A DNA stretch of 64,000 nucleotides from an uncultured euryarchaeote (GCA_937899865.1 CALBRH010000051.1:32001-96000); one strand, 5' to 3'; counted from the first letter of the stretch, positions 36,465-47,008 are shown. Made by a program: numbers and translations. The notes: a model not told the origin generated them from the letters alone.

Positions 36465-37955
36465 ATGAGCAACGCGGAAGATGGACTCACGGCGCTAAAA
36501 GAAATTAGAAATAATTCTGGCAATATGGATACTATTGGCCTTAGTGATGAAGTAATAGAAAAATTCTGCAAATTAGATTCTAACTTATTGCAGGCCATAT
36601 CTGAAGCATTGAGTAATCATAGGGAGTTGCGCAATAGATTAGGCGATGAAGTGATGCAATCTAACGAAATAGATTTGGTTTCCAAACTCCAAGAAGATTT
36701 TGTCAATTTTTACGCACCGGCAACTGTTAATCCATATGTTGCTATGGCTGCTAAAGGTCCTTGGATCGTTACATCGCATGGCGCTGTTGTCCATGATAAT
36801 GGGGGGTATGGGATGCTTGGTGCAGGACATGGCCCTTCTACAGTAATTGATGCAATGTCGCAAAATTGGGTCATGGCAAATGTCATGACTCCATCATTTA
36901 GTCATAGCAGATTATCTAATGCATTAAGGAAAGAATTGGGCCATACTAGGGGTAATTGTCCCTTTTCTAAGTTCATCTGTATGAATAGTGGTTCCGAGTC
37001 AATGACTGTTGCATTAAGAATCGCTGATATTAATGCAAACAATCAGACTGCTTCTGGAGCTAAGTATGAAAATTTCCCGATTAAAATGGTTGCAGTTGAA
37101 CGCAGTTTCCATGGTAGGACAGACAGGCCAGCACAAATTTCAGACTCCTGTAAATCAGGTTATGATAAGAATTTAGCAACATTTCAAAATAGAGACAATC
37201 TAATATTAGTCCCTGCTAATGATTCAGCTGCCCTAGAAGAAGTGTTCAAAAGATCTGTAACTGAAAAATTCTTCATTGAATTAGTCGCTATTGAACCAAT
37301 TCAAGGTGAAGGTAATCCTGGTATGTGCGTCACTAGAGAATTCTATGATGTAGCAAGAAGATTGACAAAGGAACATGATTCAATGTTATTAGTTGATTCC
37401 ATACAGGCTGGAATTAGGGGTCAAGGATGCCTATCAGTAATTGATTATGATGGCTTTCAAGATGCTGAAGTACCTGATATGGAAACCTGGTCAAAAGCAA
37501 TTAATGCAGGACAATATCCTCTTTCAGTATTGGGTATGAATGAAAGATCTGCTTCAATGTATGTTGTTGGAATTTATGGTAATACCATGACAACTAATCC
37601 TCGTGCTTTAGAAACTGCAGTAGCGGTCCTAGGGCAGATAACACCAGAACTTCGTAATAATATCAAGGAACGTGGCGAAGAGTTTGTGGAAAAATTGAAA
37701 CAACTCGCTATTGAACTCCCTGGTACAATTACCAAGGTTCAGGGGACAGGTCTATTGTTAAGTGCAGAATTAGAACCAAGTAAATTCCCAGTTGTCGGAT
37801 TTGATGCAGTTGAGCCATGGTGCCGTCGTAAGGGATTAGGTGTTATTCATGGGGGCCATAATGCATTGAGATTTACCCCTCACTTTAGAATAACATCAGA
37901 AGAAATTGACTTAATTATTGATATTGTAAGAGCAGCTCTAATTGAGTTTTCATGA
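36465..37955 (+). CDS. lat: Class III aminotransferase, L-lysine 6-aminotransferase-like
   Basis: FVNFYA...PYVA.AA.GPW, GGYGMLG.GH, NSGSE, FHGRTDRPA, DSIQA, PDMET.SKA, YGNTMTTNPRAL, as recalled for the Flavobacterium lutescens-type LAT. Confidence 0.72.
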   Translation: MSNAEDGLTALKEIRNNSGNMDTIGLSDEVIEKFCKLDSNLLQAISEALSNHRELRNRLGDEVMQSNEIDLVSKLQEDFVNFYAPATVNPYVAMAAKGPWIVTSHGAVVHDNGGYGMLGAGHGPSTVIDAMSQNWVMANVMTPSFSHSRLSNALRKELGHTRGNCPFSKFICMNSGSESMTVALRIADINANNQTASGAKYENFPIKMVAVERSFHGRTDRPAQISDSCKSGYDKNLATFQNRDNLILVPANDSAALEEVFKRSVTEKFFIELVAIEPIQGEGNPGMCVTREFYDVARRLTKEHDSMLLVDSIQAGIRGQGCLSVIDYDGFQDAEVPDMETWSKAINAGQYPLSVLGMNERSASMYVVGIYGNTMTTNPRALETAVAVLGQITPELRNNIKERGEEFVEKLKQLAIELPGTITKVQGTGLLLSAELEPSKFPVVGFDAVEPWCRRKGLGVIHGGHNALRFTPHFRITSEEIDLIIDIVRAALIEFS

Positions 37956-39167
37956 AAGTGTAGTGACTATGTCTTCTCGCTTAAACTGCCTTGCTGCATA
38001 ATAGGCGGCAAGAGTGGCATACAGAATTGACGTTAGCATCCAAATTAATACATGTTCAACAATTACTCTATCTAACAATAATTCACGTAATGCCAGAAGT
38101 ATATTGATTACAGGTATACTAAACCAGAAACTCTCAATTCCATCTAAATTTATTACTTGAGTAAACAGTGCTGGGAAGATAATCAAAATAATGGCTGGAC
38201 CAAGTATTGAACCTGCTTCCTTAACACTGTGTGACCTCATTGCTAGAGCCAATTCAAGTGCGACAACCATAACTGCAAATAACATAATTGATATTATAAT
38301 CAGTATTATTGCTTCAATTGATAGATCTGGCACTCCGATAAAGTCTGAGGTGGCAAGATAGCCAATGGCAAATAGTAAACCAAAAATTTGCAATAATACT
38401 CCAACACTAGTAATTGTAGCAACTCCTAACCATTTCCCCATTAATAGTTCATTACGCGTACATGGCAGCCCTAACAAAGCTTCAAGAGTCCCTCTTTCAC
38501 GCTCACCAGCAGTCATGTCAATAGATGGCTGAATAGCACTTGAGAAAGTCCATATCGCCAAAACTAATGGTATGAATAGAGATAAAATTAAGCCGGCTTG
38601 TTCCCCCTCTGTTGCAACATCTGCAGCACTTGAATCGCCATCCCATCTTAATGGATTTAGAGTGCTATTGACATCTAATCCTCCTTCAGAAATACGTTTA
38701 GCAGTAATATTATCTTCAAACAATATTAAAGAGTTAATTATTCTACTTTTAGCCTCATTTGAACTTTCAGAAGTTGATAAATGAATAATTGAATAAAACC
38801 AAACGTCGCTTGAATAATTTAGCCTTAGGATGGCATCAAGCTCCATATTTCTAACTCTATCAAGATCTCCTAATGGTTCAGATAATGAGTCTGTAAAAGT
38901 AGTGTTAACCATAGTCAATGTTGTTGATGTTTGATTAAATAGAGATACAAAATCTTCGGGAAATTCGTTGTATTGAATCTCGATAGATACATTCATCGAA
39001 TCAAGTTCAGCAGCCTCTGATTCTAACAATATAGGGAATACAATAAACAGTACAGGGAACATTAGAATTGGAATAATGATTATTGCTACTATAGTTCGCC
39101 AATCTCTAACAAACTCAACAACTTCTTTTTTCGCAATAGTCTTTATGCGATTTACCGAATTACTCAC
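37950..39167 (-). CDS. ABC-2 type transporter permease (NatB-like)
   Basis: KKE..E..RD.R, AGERERGTLEALL..P, multiple TM helices. Confidence 0.88.
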   Translation of the reverse strand: MSNSVNRIKTIAKKEVVEFVRDWRTIVAIIIIPILMFPVLFIVFPILLESEAAELDSMNVSIEIQYNEFPEDFVSLFNQTSTTLTMVNTTFTDSLSEPLGDLDRVRNMELDAILRLNYSSDVWFYSIIHLSTSESSNEAKSRIINSLILFEDNITAKRISEGGLDVNSTLNPLRWDGDSSAADVATEGEQAGLILSLFIPLVLAIWTFSSAIQPSIDMTAGERERGTLEALLGLPCTRNELLMGKWLGVATITSVGVLLQIFGLLFAIGYLATSDFIGVPDLSIEAIILIIISIMLFAVMVVALELALAMRSHSVKEAGSILGPAIILIIFPALFTQVINLDGIESFWFSIPVINILLALRELLLDRVIVEHVLIWMLTSILYATLAAYYAARQFKREDIVTTLS

Positions 39168-40005
39168 TTTCAACCAACTCCTTTTCACCCACGATTTGTG
39201 GTGTTTTAGGACGGAATAATCTATTCCATAGCTTTGTTATACTCGATTCCTTTTTATCATCTTCAAATCTCATTCTTGCCTTTTCTTGAGTTAATTTCAC
39301 ATATGCTTCTTCAAGAGTTGAACAATTATTGATTTGAATTAAATCTTCAGGAGAGCCATCTGCCTTTACTACTCCATTGTGTATGATTATAATTCGATCA
39401 CATACTTGTTGTGCTTCAAATAACTGATGAGTAGAATATACAACTGTGCCCCCTTCCTGTTTTATTTGTTCTACTAGAGATCTAACAGTCCTGGCACTAG
39501 TTATGTCTAATCCCGCAGTTGGCTCGTCCAATAATAGTACTTTAGGGCCATGAGCCAATGCTCTAAGTAGAGCGGTTTTTTGCCGCATACCACGTGAAAA
39601 CCCCTTAGTATATCTTGATAGATTATCTTCCATATCTAAACTTTGAGCAAATTTCAAGGTTCTTTTCCATGCTATTGTATCATCTATCCCATATAATCGA
39701 CTATGATATCGAATATTTTCCCAAGCCGTCAATCGCGAATATAAACCAGTTGATTCAGGTACAACTCCCAAATTGTCCCTCATTAGGTGTACTGGTGTAT
39801 CATTTCCTAATGTCACAGAACCACTTGATGGCTGATATACTCCAGACATTAATCGCAAAAGAGTAGTTTTACCAGCTCCGTTGCTACCAACCAAACCAAC
39901 AACTTCACCTGAATTTATTTCAAAGGATACGCCATCCAATGCTACTACTTCAGCAAAGTTTTTGCGTACATTTGATATTTTTAGTAGTACATTTTGTTCA
40001 GACAT
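39160..40005 (-). CDS. ABC transporter ATP-binding protein (NatA-like)
   Basis: GSNGAGKTT, FSRGMRQK, LLLDEPT.GLD, STH. Confidence 0.92.
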   Translation of the reverse strand: MSEQNVLLKISNVRKNFAEVVALDGVSFEINSGEVVGLVGSNGAGKTTLLRLMSGVYQPSSGSVTLGNDTPVHLMRDNLGVVPESTGLYSRLTAWENIRYHSRLYGIDDTIAWKRTLKFAQSLDMEDNLSRYTKGFSRGMRQKTALLRALAHGPKVLLLDEPTAGLDITSARTVRSLVEQIKQEGGTVVYSTHQLFEAQQVCDRIIIIHNGVVKADGSPEDLIQINNCSTLEEAYVKLTQEKARMRFEDDKKESSITKLWNRLFRPKTPQIVGEKELVESE

Positions 40006-40007
40006 AC

Positions 40008-40313
40008 TCAACTAGCCCTGCCAGATTCAATAGCTTTGTTAAGACCCGGGTATTTCGTCTCAAGTTTTCTTGCCCTTTCTAATTGTTGTTTCAAATGGGA
40101 AAAAATCTCTTTCTGAGGCACTCCCATGTCAATCAAATTGGCAAACATCTCAAATGCACCATAAATCGAACCTGCATCTAAATACGCATCATTCGAGATT
40201 TTACCGCTATAACGGAGCGAATCAAGTCGTGTCGCAATAAAGTGTGCTTCGGCTTTCAATCTTGGTCCATCAATATGTGACAAGGCCATTAGTTGGTCAA
40301 CACAAGTTCGCAT
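40008..40313 (-). CDS. Hypothetical protein
   Basis: About 100-aa helical ORF co-directional between mce and the ABC ATPase. Confidence 0.6.
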   Translation of the reverse strand: MRTCVDQLMALSHIDGPRLKAEAHFIATRLDSLRYSGKISNDAYLDAGSIYGAFEMFANLIDMGVPQKEIFSHLKQQLERARKLETKYPGLNKAIESGRAS

Positions 40314-40335
40314 GATTATTAATAATCGAGATGGA

Positions 40336-40764
40336 TTATGATTGTTTCCTATTGCTTTGTGACAATTCAACTAAGACTCCGCCTGTTGATTTAGGGTGAA
40401 CAAAGGCAATTAAGCAGTTTTTAGAACCCCTTCTAGGCACTTCATCAATCATCTTAACTCCTGACTTGAGCAACACGTCAATTAATTGGTAAATATCATC
40501 AACTTCAAAACATATTTGTTGGATACCAATGCCTCTTTTTTCAATAAATCTCCCGATTGGTGTATCTTCACTTGTAGGCTCTAATAATTCGATCATTGCA
40601 GGTTTTTGCATATCATTTGCAATTGGTATAAATCTAGTAATCACACCCTGATCTAATACCTCTTCGTCTTTATCATCAGGTATTAGCCCGAGTAGTTTCC
40701 AAAATTTTTCTCCTTCATCAAGAGTATTTACTGCAATTCCAATATGATCCAATCTAATTCCCAT
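40336..40764 (-). CDS. mce: Methylmalonyl-CoA epimerase
   Basis: LDHIGIAV, IELLEP, F..KRG.GI.QI.F.V, AF.HPKSTGGVL.EL; adjacent to the mutase. Confidence 0.9.
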   Translation of the reverse strand: MGIRLDHIGIAVNTLDEGEKFWKLLGLIPDDKDEEVLDQGVITRFIPIANDMQKPAMIELLEPTSEDTPIGRFIEKRGIGIQQICFEVDDIYQLIDVLLKSGVKMIDEVPRRGSKNCLIAFVHPKSTGGVLVELSQSNRKQS

Positions 40765-40772
40765 ATAATCAC

Positions 40773-42341
40773 CTAAAATCCACTTGGAGCCATCCATGTT
40801 CCAAATTCATCTTTCATAGCTCCCATTATTTCTCCGAGTGTACAGTTATTTTTTATCGCTTGAATGACTATTGGAAATAAATTAGTGTCATTTTTAGCAG
40901 CATTTCGTATTTTATTTAATGATGACTCTACAGCATTATTGTCCCTAGAAGATCTTAGAGATTTTAATTTGTTACGTTGTATTTCACCTAACGCATCATC
41001 CAATTTCATAGCCTTAATCGGGACTTCTCCCTCCATCATTCCATGATTTACTCCAACAATTTTCCTTTTACCCAATTCAACATCTTTTAGATGTAAATAT
41101 GCTGAATTATGAATTTGCCTCTGTTGCCAACCTTCTTTGATTGCTGCCATAGCACCACCTTTAGCATCAATCTCTTCTATCATTGATAACGCAGCACTAT
41201 AGATTTCATCAGTTAGATATTCTACATAGTGAGAGCCACCAAGAGGGTCTACCACATCAGCAGCACCACTTTCTTCGGCAATAATTTGTTGAGTCCTCAA
41301 TGCTATTGTTGCACTTTCTTCAGTTGGTAAACCAATTGCTTCATCATATGAATTAGTATGCAAGCTTTGTGTGCCACCGCATACAGCAGCAAGTGCTTGT
41401 ATTGTCACTCGAGAAATATTGTTCAATGGTTGCTGAGCAGTTAGACTGACTCCTGCCACTTGTGTATGGAATCTGAGTTTCTTAGATTTTGGATTTTCGG
41501 ATTTATATCGCTTATCAATTAGATCATGCCATAATTTCCTGGCTGCTCTAAATTTTCCAATTTCTTCGAAGAAATCATTATGACAATTAAAGAAAAACGA
41601 CAATCTTGGAGCAAATTCATCTATGTCAAGACCAGTCTTTATTGCCGCATCTACATAATCCAAAGCGCTTGATAGTGTGAATGCAACTTCTTGTGTTGCA
41701 GTACATCCTGCTTCCCTAATATGGTAGCCACTTATGGAAATAGTATTCCATAGTGGAACTTCATTAGCACAATATGAAAAAATATCAGTTATTAATCTCA
41801 TACTTTCATCTGGTGGAAATACATATGTCCCTCTTGCCATATATTCCTTTAGTATGTCGTTTTGAATAGTCCCTCTAATTTTACTTGCAGGGACTCCTTG
41901 TTCTTCAGCTACAATGATGTACATTGCAAGCAAGATCATTGCAGGGGCATTGATAGTCATTGAAGTCGATACTTTGTCTAATGGTATATCAGACAATAAT
42001 TCGCGCATATCTTCCAAAGTTGAAATTGAAACTCCAACTTTGCCAACTTCTCCAAGAGATAATTCATCATCTGCATCCAGTCCTAATTGTGTTGGTAAGT
42101 CAAATGCGACCGAAAGTCCCTTCTGGCCTCTCTCAAGCAATAACTTAAACCTCTCATTAGTTTCTTTCGCACTAGAAAAACCAGCATACTGCCTCATAGT
42201 CCATAATCTGGAGCGATACATTGTTTCATGTATTCCGCTTGTGTATGGTGGTTGACCCGCAGCGGCCTTAGTATCAGCAAAAGATTCGGGAATATCAAGA
42301 CCTGACAAAGTCTTCCATTCGTCTTTGCGTTCTTCTGCCAT
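40773..42341 (-). CDS. Methylmalonyl-CoA mutase, substrate-binding (large) subunit
   Basis: LWTMRQYAGF, GLSVAFDLPTQ, GTIQNDILKEY, SISGYHIREAG, LHTNSYDEA; no B12-binding domain. Confidence 0.93.
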   Translation of the reverse strand: MAEERKDEWKTLSGLDIPESFADTKAAAGQPPYTSGIHETMYRSRLWTMRQYAGFSSAKETNERFKLLLERGQKGLSVAFDLPTQLGLDADDELSLGEVGKVGVSISTLEDMRELLSDIPLDKVSTSMTINAPAMILLAMYIIVAEEQGVPASKIRGTIQNDILKEYMARGTYVFPPDESMRLITDIFSYCANEVPLWNTISISGYHIREAGCTATQEVAFTLSSALDYVDAAIKTGLDIDEFAPRLSFFFNCHNDFFEEIGKFRAARKLWHDLIDKRYKSENPKSKKLRFHTQVAGVSLTAQQPLNNISRVTIQALAAVCGGTQSLHTNSYDEAIGLPTEESATIALRTQQIIAEESGAADVVDPLGGSHYVEYLTDEIYSAALSMIEEIDAKGGAMAAIKEGWQQRQIHNSAYLHLKDVELGKRKIVGVNHGMMEGEVPIKAMKLDDALGEIQRNKLKSLRSSRDNNAVESSLNKIRNAAKNDTNLFPIVIQAIKNNCTLGEIMGAMKDEFGTWMAPSGF

Positions 42342-42395
42342 GATGTCGCGAGTAGTTGGCGATTCATCAAAACTACTGTCAAAGCATTCGTTTGA

Positions 42396-42887
42396 CTAAC
42401 AATTGTCACTGGAACAGCTTGGGTCGCCACATCCGCTTTGGCTTTCACTAACGTCAACAACATCTACTTCGAAGGTCAAGTCTTTTCCTGCTAATGCATG
42501 ATTGAAATCAGCAGTTACAGTTTCATCGGAAAGTTCAGTGATAGTGAAAGGTGCAGGACCATGGGGCATTTGGGCTACTAATTGAAAACCTACTTCCAAT
42601 GCAGTTTGCTCTTCAAGTTGGGTAAATTGAGAGCGTGGTATTTGTAAAATTGCTTCCTCATCTCTGTGGCCATATGCTCTATCTGCAGTTAATGTAAAGG
42701 TCTTCTTTTCTCCTATTTCAGCCCCCATTAATTCTTCTTCAAATCCTGGTATCATTTGCCCCTTGCCGACAGAGAATGCCAAAGGATCTCTACCTTCACT
42801 GGAGTCAAATACTTCTCCTGTATCCGGCAATGTTCCTTTGTAGTGTACCTTAACATCCATTCCTTTTGCAACTATATTATTACCCAT
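42396..42887 (-). CDS. slyD: FKBP-type peptidyl-prolyl isomerase (SlyD-like)
   Basis: V.VHY.G, G.VFDSS, G.GQ.IPGFEE, AYG, DFNH.LAGK.L.F; short Cys-containing tail. Confidence 0.9.
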   Translation of the reverse strand: MGNNIVAKGMDVKVHYKGTLPDTGEVFDSSEGRDPLAFSVGKGQMIPGFEEELMGAEIGEKKTFTLTADRAYGHRDEEAILQIPRSQFTQLEEQTALEVGFQLVAQMPHGPAPFTITELSDETVTADFNHALAGKDLTFEVDVVDVSESQSGCGDPSCSSDNC

Positions 42888-42891
42888 ATTT

Positions 42892-43803
42892 TCATCTCCT
42901 TTTTGATATACTTTTAATTTCATTTTTCAGCTGTTCACTGATCTCTTCAGTAAGCACAAGTTCCAATGTTTTTTGGTCGATAAATTCCATTGCTGCATCA
43001 ATACTAATGCGTTCACCCTTCGCGATTATTTGACCGAGTACATTAGAACGATGTTCTTCGGGAACATCTGGATTATCTAAAATATCTCTAGCCACGTATC
43101 GGAACTCAAGAATTTTTTGCTTGTTTAGTTTCTTTTCTAAGCGTTGACGCCCACCGCCCTTTTTATCCATGCGCCGTGTCTTACGTTTTTTCTTTGAGAT
43201 TCCTGCAGAAGATTTATCGACGATTTGTATGGTTTTGAACACGTTTAGATTTTTACCAGAATAACCATCTAATGTTTCATCAGTCGAATTTAATTCAGGT
43301 ATATCGGCTTCAATTTCTTTTACTTCATCAGACTCTTCAACAGTTTCAACTTGAGGGGCCATTTCTTGTTTTGTAGTACTTTTCCTCAGTTTAGCATTGT
43401 CTTTTGATTGCTGAGATTTTCTTTTTAATTCAGCCAATCTTTCTTCACGTGAAGGTTTTTTCTCTGTGACGGTTTTTGCTGCAGTAGTTTGTGTAATTTT
43501 TGGAGCAATTACTTTTTCTTCAACTGGTTTTTGAACAACAGGTTGTTTAGCAGTTTGCAAGTCTTTTTTCTCTTCAGTAGTTTTAATTTCACTACCAATT
43601 TTTTTCCTCGCTTCTCTTTGTAAATCTTCTAATGACTTATTCTGTGATGGCTTTGTCGAACTTGCTTCAGCAGAATTAATTTGATTTTCCTGCCTACGTT
43701 TTTCCTTAGCCTTTTCAGCATGACGGCGATTCCTTTCCGCAGCAGCATTTTGTGCAAATGGATTGAATGGAACATCCTTTCTACGTCTATTACGACCATT
43801 CAT
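42892..43803 (-). CDS. Hypothetical highly charged protein with a compact C-terminal domain
   Basis: K/E-rich low-complexity body, C-terminal LNKQKILEFRYVARDIL...IIAKGERIS. Confidence 0.75.
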   Translation of the reverse strand: MNGRNRRRKDVPFNPFAQNAAAERNRRHAEKAKEKRRQENQINSAEASSTKPSQNKSLEDLQREARKKIGSEIKTTEEKKDLQTAKQPVVQKPVEEKVIAPKITQTTAAKTVTEKKPSREERLAELKRKSQQSKDNAKLRKSTTKQEMAPQVETVEESDEVKEIEADIPELNSTDETLDGYSGKNLNVFKTIQIVDKSSAGISKKKRKTRRMDKKGGGRQRLEKKLNKQKILEFRYVARDILDNPDVPEEHRSNVLGQIIAKGERISIDAAMEFIDQKTLELVLTEEISEQLKNEIKSISKRR

Positions 43804-43857
43804 TGAATATCCCCGATATATGGCTCACCATCGACCTCTTAAAACCGTTGGCTAATC

Positions 43858-44862
43858 TTAAGCCCAAATTATTGGCGTCTGGTCAGTTCGCAAGTATTGA
43901 TCAATCGCACTTGTCTCAAACTCAGTAACTCTTCCTGCATTAAGTTCTAACCAACCTAGTCTAGCAATCATAGTACCATTATCTATGCAGTACATTCTTG
44001 GTGGAGCAAAAGATTCGGATTCTCGTTCTTTACACATCAAATCACACATTATCCTTAATCGATTATTACAAGCAACTCCTCCGCCAAGTAAAAGTTCAGT
44101 TTTACCAGTATGAGATAGTGCTCTTTCTGCTACCTCGACGCAAGCAGAGAAAACATGTTCTTGCAAACTCCAACACACTGCTTCCAAAGGCTTACCATTC
44201 TCAACTAATCTTAGAGCAGCAGTCAAAACTCCTGAAAATGCCAGATCCATTCCTCGTACAGCATAAGGCAATTCCAATCCTTCCATACTAGCCTCTGGGT
44301 TTTCTTCAAGCCATTTTGCAGCCAGTTTTTCAATTACTGGGCCACCAGGAAATGGTATGCCTTGTGCCCTAGCAAATTTATCAAGCATATTACCAATACC
44401 AATATCTAGTGTCTCACCTAATACTCGATATTTTCCATCTAATCGTGCTATCACTTGAGTATTCCCGCCTGAAACATATAACAGAACAGGGTCATCACAG
44501 CCACATTGTTGTCGCCCAATTTCAATATGTGCTACACAGTGGTTTACTCCAATTAAAGGAACATCAAATTTAGATGCTAATCCTCTGGCAATAGATGCGC
44601 CAATACGTAAACATGGGCCAAGGCCAGGTCCTTGTGAATATGCAATAGAAGATATGTCTCCAGTAGAAAGTGATTGGCTAGCCAATGCTGCCTCTAGTAG
44701 TCTTGCTGCAGCTTCTTTATGGTGGTCTGCAGCTTCTCTTGGATGAATTCCACCTTTTTCTGGCTTAATCGTCGATGTAGATGAAGGGAATGGTATGCCA
44801 TTTTGATCTACTAAACCAAATGATAGAGTGTGTGCAGTAGACTCAATACCTAGTGTCCACAT
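43858..44862 (-). CDS. kae1: tRNA N6-threonylcarbamoyltransferase Kae1
   Basis: GIESTAHT, GGIHP, GPGLGPCL, VNHCVAHIE, VSGGNTQ, GETLD, DNG.MIA. Confidence 0.96.
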   Translation of the reverse strand: MWTLGIESTAHTLSFGLVDQNGIPFPSSTSTIKPEKGGIHPREAADHHKEAAARLLEAALASQSLSTGDISSIAYSQGPGLGPCLRIGASIARGLASKFDVPLIGVNHCVAHIEIGRQQCGCDDPVLLYVSGGNTQVIARLDGKYRVLGETLDIGIGNMLDKFARAQGIPFPGGPVIEKLAAKWLEENPEASMEGLELPYAVRGMDLAFSGVLTAALRLVENGKPLEAVCWSLQEHVFSACVEVAERALSHTGKTELLLGGGVACNNRLRIMCDLMCKERESESFAPPRMYCIDNGTMIARLGWLELNAGRVTEFETSAIDQYLRTDQTPIIWA

Positions 44863-44925
44863 ATTGCCTCACCCGTTTGTCCCATCAAGCCATTATTCTT
44901 GAACCCTCACCTATTCCCCTGTTAT

Positions 44926-46191
44926 ATGCGGACCGTTTTATTCAATTGCGGACCGATTGTCAGTTTTGACTCAGATGCACCTTTAGTTGGCCAAAATATG
45001 ACTAATGAGGACTGGTTAATCGCTGATGGAAAAGCAATTATTGTTGAAGGCAATCAAATTGCAGAAATTGTAGATTCAAAGACAGCATTGGATGATTATT
45101 CATCACATGTAGATAATTCCGAGACTTCATTATTTGATGCCAACGGAAAGGCAATCATTCCAGGTTTGATAGACTCTCATACACACATTGTTTGGGGTGG
45201 AGATCGTTCCAGAGAAGTTAGATTGAGGTTACAAGGAAAATCATATTCAGATATTGCTGCAATGGGTGGGGGAATTAATTCTACTGTTTCAAAGACTAGA
45301 ATGCTAACCCAAGAGCAGTTATTCCATACTGCTAAGCGCAGAGCATTAACTGCCCTATCTAATGGAACAACATTCATAGAGACAAAATCAGGTTATGGAT
45401 TATCTACTGAAAGTGAATTGAAACTGCTTTCTGTAGCGAAATTACTAGACCAAGACGAACATACTCCCGGGATTGATTCAACTTGGCTGGGAGCTCACGC
45501 AATACCGGACTCCCATTCATTAGAGTCGTATACTGAAGAGATTATTTCTCAGCAATTGCCTGCAATTGCTAAATCAGGCCTTGCAAGGTCAGCAGATGTA
45601 TTTTGTGAACCAGGTTGGTTTGGCATAGATGAGTCAAAGATGATTTTACAAGAGGCACGTAAACATGGACTTTCATTGAGAATGCATATTGATGAGTTTT
45701 GTGATGGCGGTGGTGGACAATTGGCTGCAGAATTAGAAGTTGACACAGCAGACCACGCACATTACACCAATGACGAAGCACGTGAAAGAATGAGAGAGGC
45801 TGGAGTTAATACTGGATTCTTACCAGGAACGCCATATTCTATGGGCGCGAATTGGCCAGATTTCAATGAAATGATTAATTTAGAATTGCCATGGACTATT
45901 GCGACTGATTACAACCCCAATAACCAAATTCTAAGTTTGCCTTTTATTGGCTCATGCTTAGTTCAGCGATGTAATGTTGATCCGTTGGCAGCTCTTGCAT
46001 CATGTACAATTAATGCAGGATTTACTACGCCGCATAATTCTGGATTAAGGCACGGTATTATCGCTCCTGGTGCAGTAGCGAATCTAAATATCCTACAATC
46101 TAATCAATGGGAGTCTTGGTGCTTGACTCCTGGGCATACGCCTGTGGATTCAACTATTATGGAGGGTGCTTTAGTCAATAATGAATTATAA
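44926..46191 (+). CDS. hutI: Imidazolonepropionase
   Basis: PGL.DSHTH, GGGI.STV, E.KSGYGL, AHA, DVFCE, H.DE, ATDYNP. Confidence 0.92.
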   Translation: MRTVLFNCGPIVSFDSDAPLVGQNMTNEDWLIADGKAIIVEGNQIAEIVDSKTALDDYSSHVDNSETSLFDANGKAIIPGLIDSHTHIVWGGDRSREVRLRLQGKSYSDIAAMGGGINSTVSKTRMLTQEQLFHTAKRRALTALSNGTTFIETKSGYGLSTESELKLLSVAKLLDQDEHTPGIDSTWLGAHAIPDSHSLESYTEEIISQQLPAIAKSGLARSADVFCEPGWFGIDESKMILQEARKHGLSLRMHIDEFCDGGGGQLAAELEVDTADHAHYTNDEARERMREAGVNTGFLPGTPYSMGANWPDFNEMINLELPWTIATDYNPNNQILSLPFIGSCLVQRCNVDPLAALASCTINAGFTTPHNSGLRHGIIAPGAVANLNILQSNQWESWCLTPGHTPVDSTIMEGALVNNEL

Positions 46192-46253
46192 TTATTTATT
46201 ATTTGTAAAGCAATTAATTTAATTAATTTTATTTGCGAGATAAGGTGATTTTC

Positions 46254-46571
46254 ATGCCAATACTAGAGACTGTAGTTTGTCAAACTGAAAAAGGTAAAGA
46301 GGCAAGATTTGAGAGAATGGTGAAATCAAGAGTTGAGCTTTCTAAGCGACAAGAAGGTTGTCTTACTTCCTGGTATGGAATTTCAAATTCTGATGAATTC
46401 CTCTTTCTTATTCAGGCAGCATATGACAGTATTGAAAAATTTCATGAAGTTAAGAAATTATTAGAAGATACTTTGGATACTAAAGATGGTGGTTTAGAAT
46501 CATGTTTAATTGGTCCACCATTGGTAGGTTTGTTCGAGATCTCTAAAGATTCGCTTAATTTGCCAAAATAG
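46254..46571 (+). CDS. Antibiotic biosynthesis monooxygenase-like (dimeric alpha/beta barrel) protein
   Basis: V....GKE..FE, EGCL, P..G.F pattern. SD AAGGTGA. Confidence 0.6.
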   Translation: MPILETVVCQTEKGKEARFERMVKSRVELSKRQEGCLTSWYGISNSDEFLFLIQAAYDSIEKFHEVKKLLEDTLDTKDGGLESCLIGPPLVGLFEISKDSLNLPK

Positions 46572-46829
46572 TGTACTACATTGTGTCGTATAACACACAT
46601 TATGCGTCATTGGCATAAATATGGTAGATTTACCTTTAACAAAAAATTAGCATATTGACGGCTCAGTATAGCGTTTGAGCCAAATAATTCAGTAACGAAC
46701 ACTCAAGAATTCTTTATTTTCTTGTAATACTCCCCCCATTAAAGCCCAAAACATGCAAAAATTAACAAAAACATATTCAACCAATAGAAGATTTGATATC
46801 AAAATTAATTTTCCAATAAATTGGTAGTT

Positions 46830-46982
46830 ATGTCAGAAGTATCTGGTTATTGTCTCAAGTGCAAAAAATATGGTCCGATTAAAGGTGGTTCTCTGATTAA
46901 GATGTCCAATGGTAGAACAAGAATGTCAGGTACATGCTCAATGCCTGGATGCGGTGGAAAGATTTCGAAAATCGTAAGCTGA
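46830..46982 (+). CDS. 50-aa zinc-finger protein, DUF5679-like (not in ORF track)
   Basis: Hand translation MSEVSGYCLKCKKYGPIKGGSLIKMSNGRTRMSGTCSMPGCGGKISKIVS: YCxKC...NGR...G.C..CG. Confidence 0.75.
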   Translation: MSEVSGYCLKCKKYGPIKGGSLIKMSNGRTRMSGTCSMPGCGGKISKIVS

Positions 46983-46999
46983 AATGAAAACCGATGCGG

Positions 47000-47008
47000 T
47001 TTAATATA
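47000..47008 (+). promoter_or_regulatory. TATA box of tRNA-Val
   Basis: TTTAATATA ending 24 nt before the tRNA 5' end, preceded by a purine-rich stretch. Confidence 0.55.

Noticed and set aside
42351-42377. AGTAGTT-N13-AACTACT inverted repeat upstream of the mutase gene
   Set aside because: Short arms and long spacer; plausible by chance.
46690-46805. Possible hydrophobic ORF of about 37 aa on the minus strand
   Set aside because: No SD, weak start and AT-rich low complexity; not supportable.
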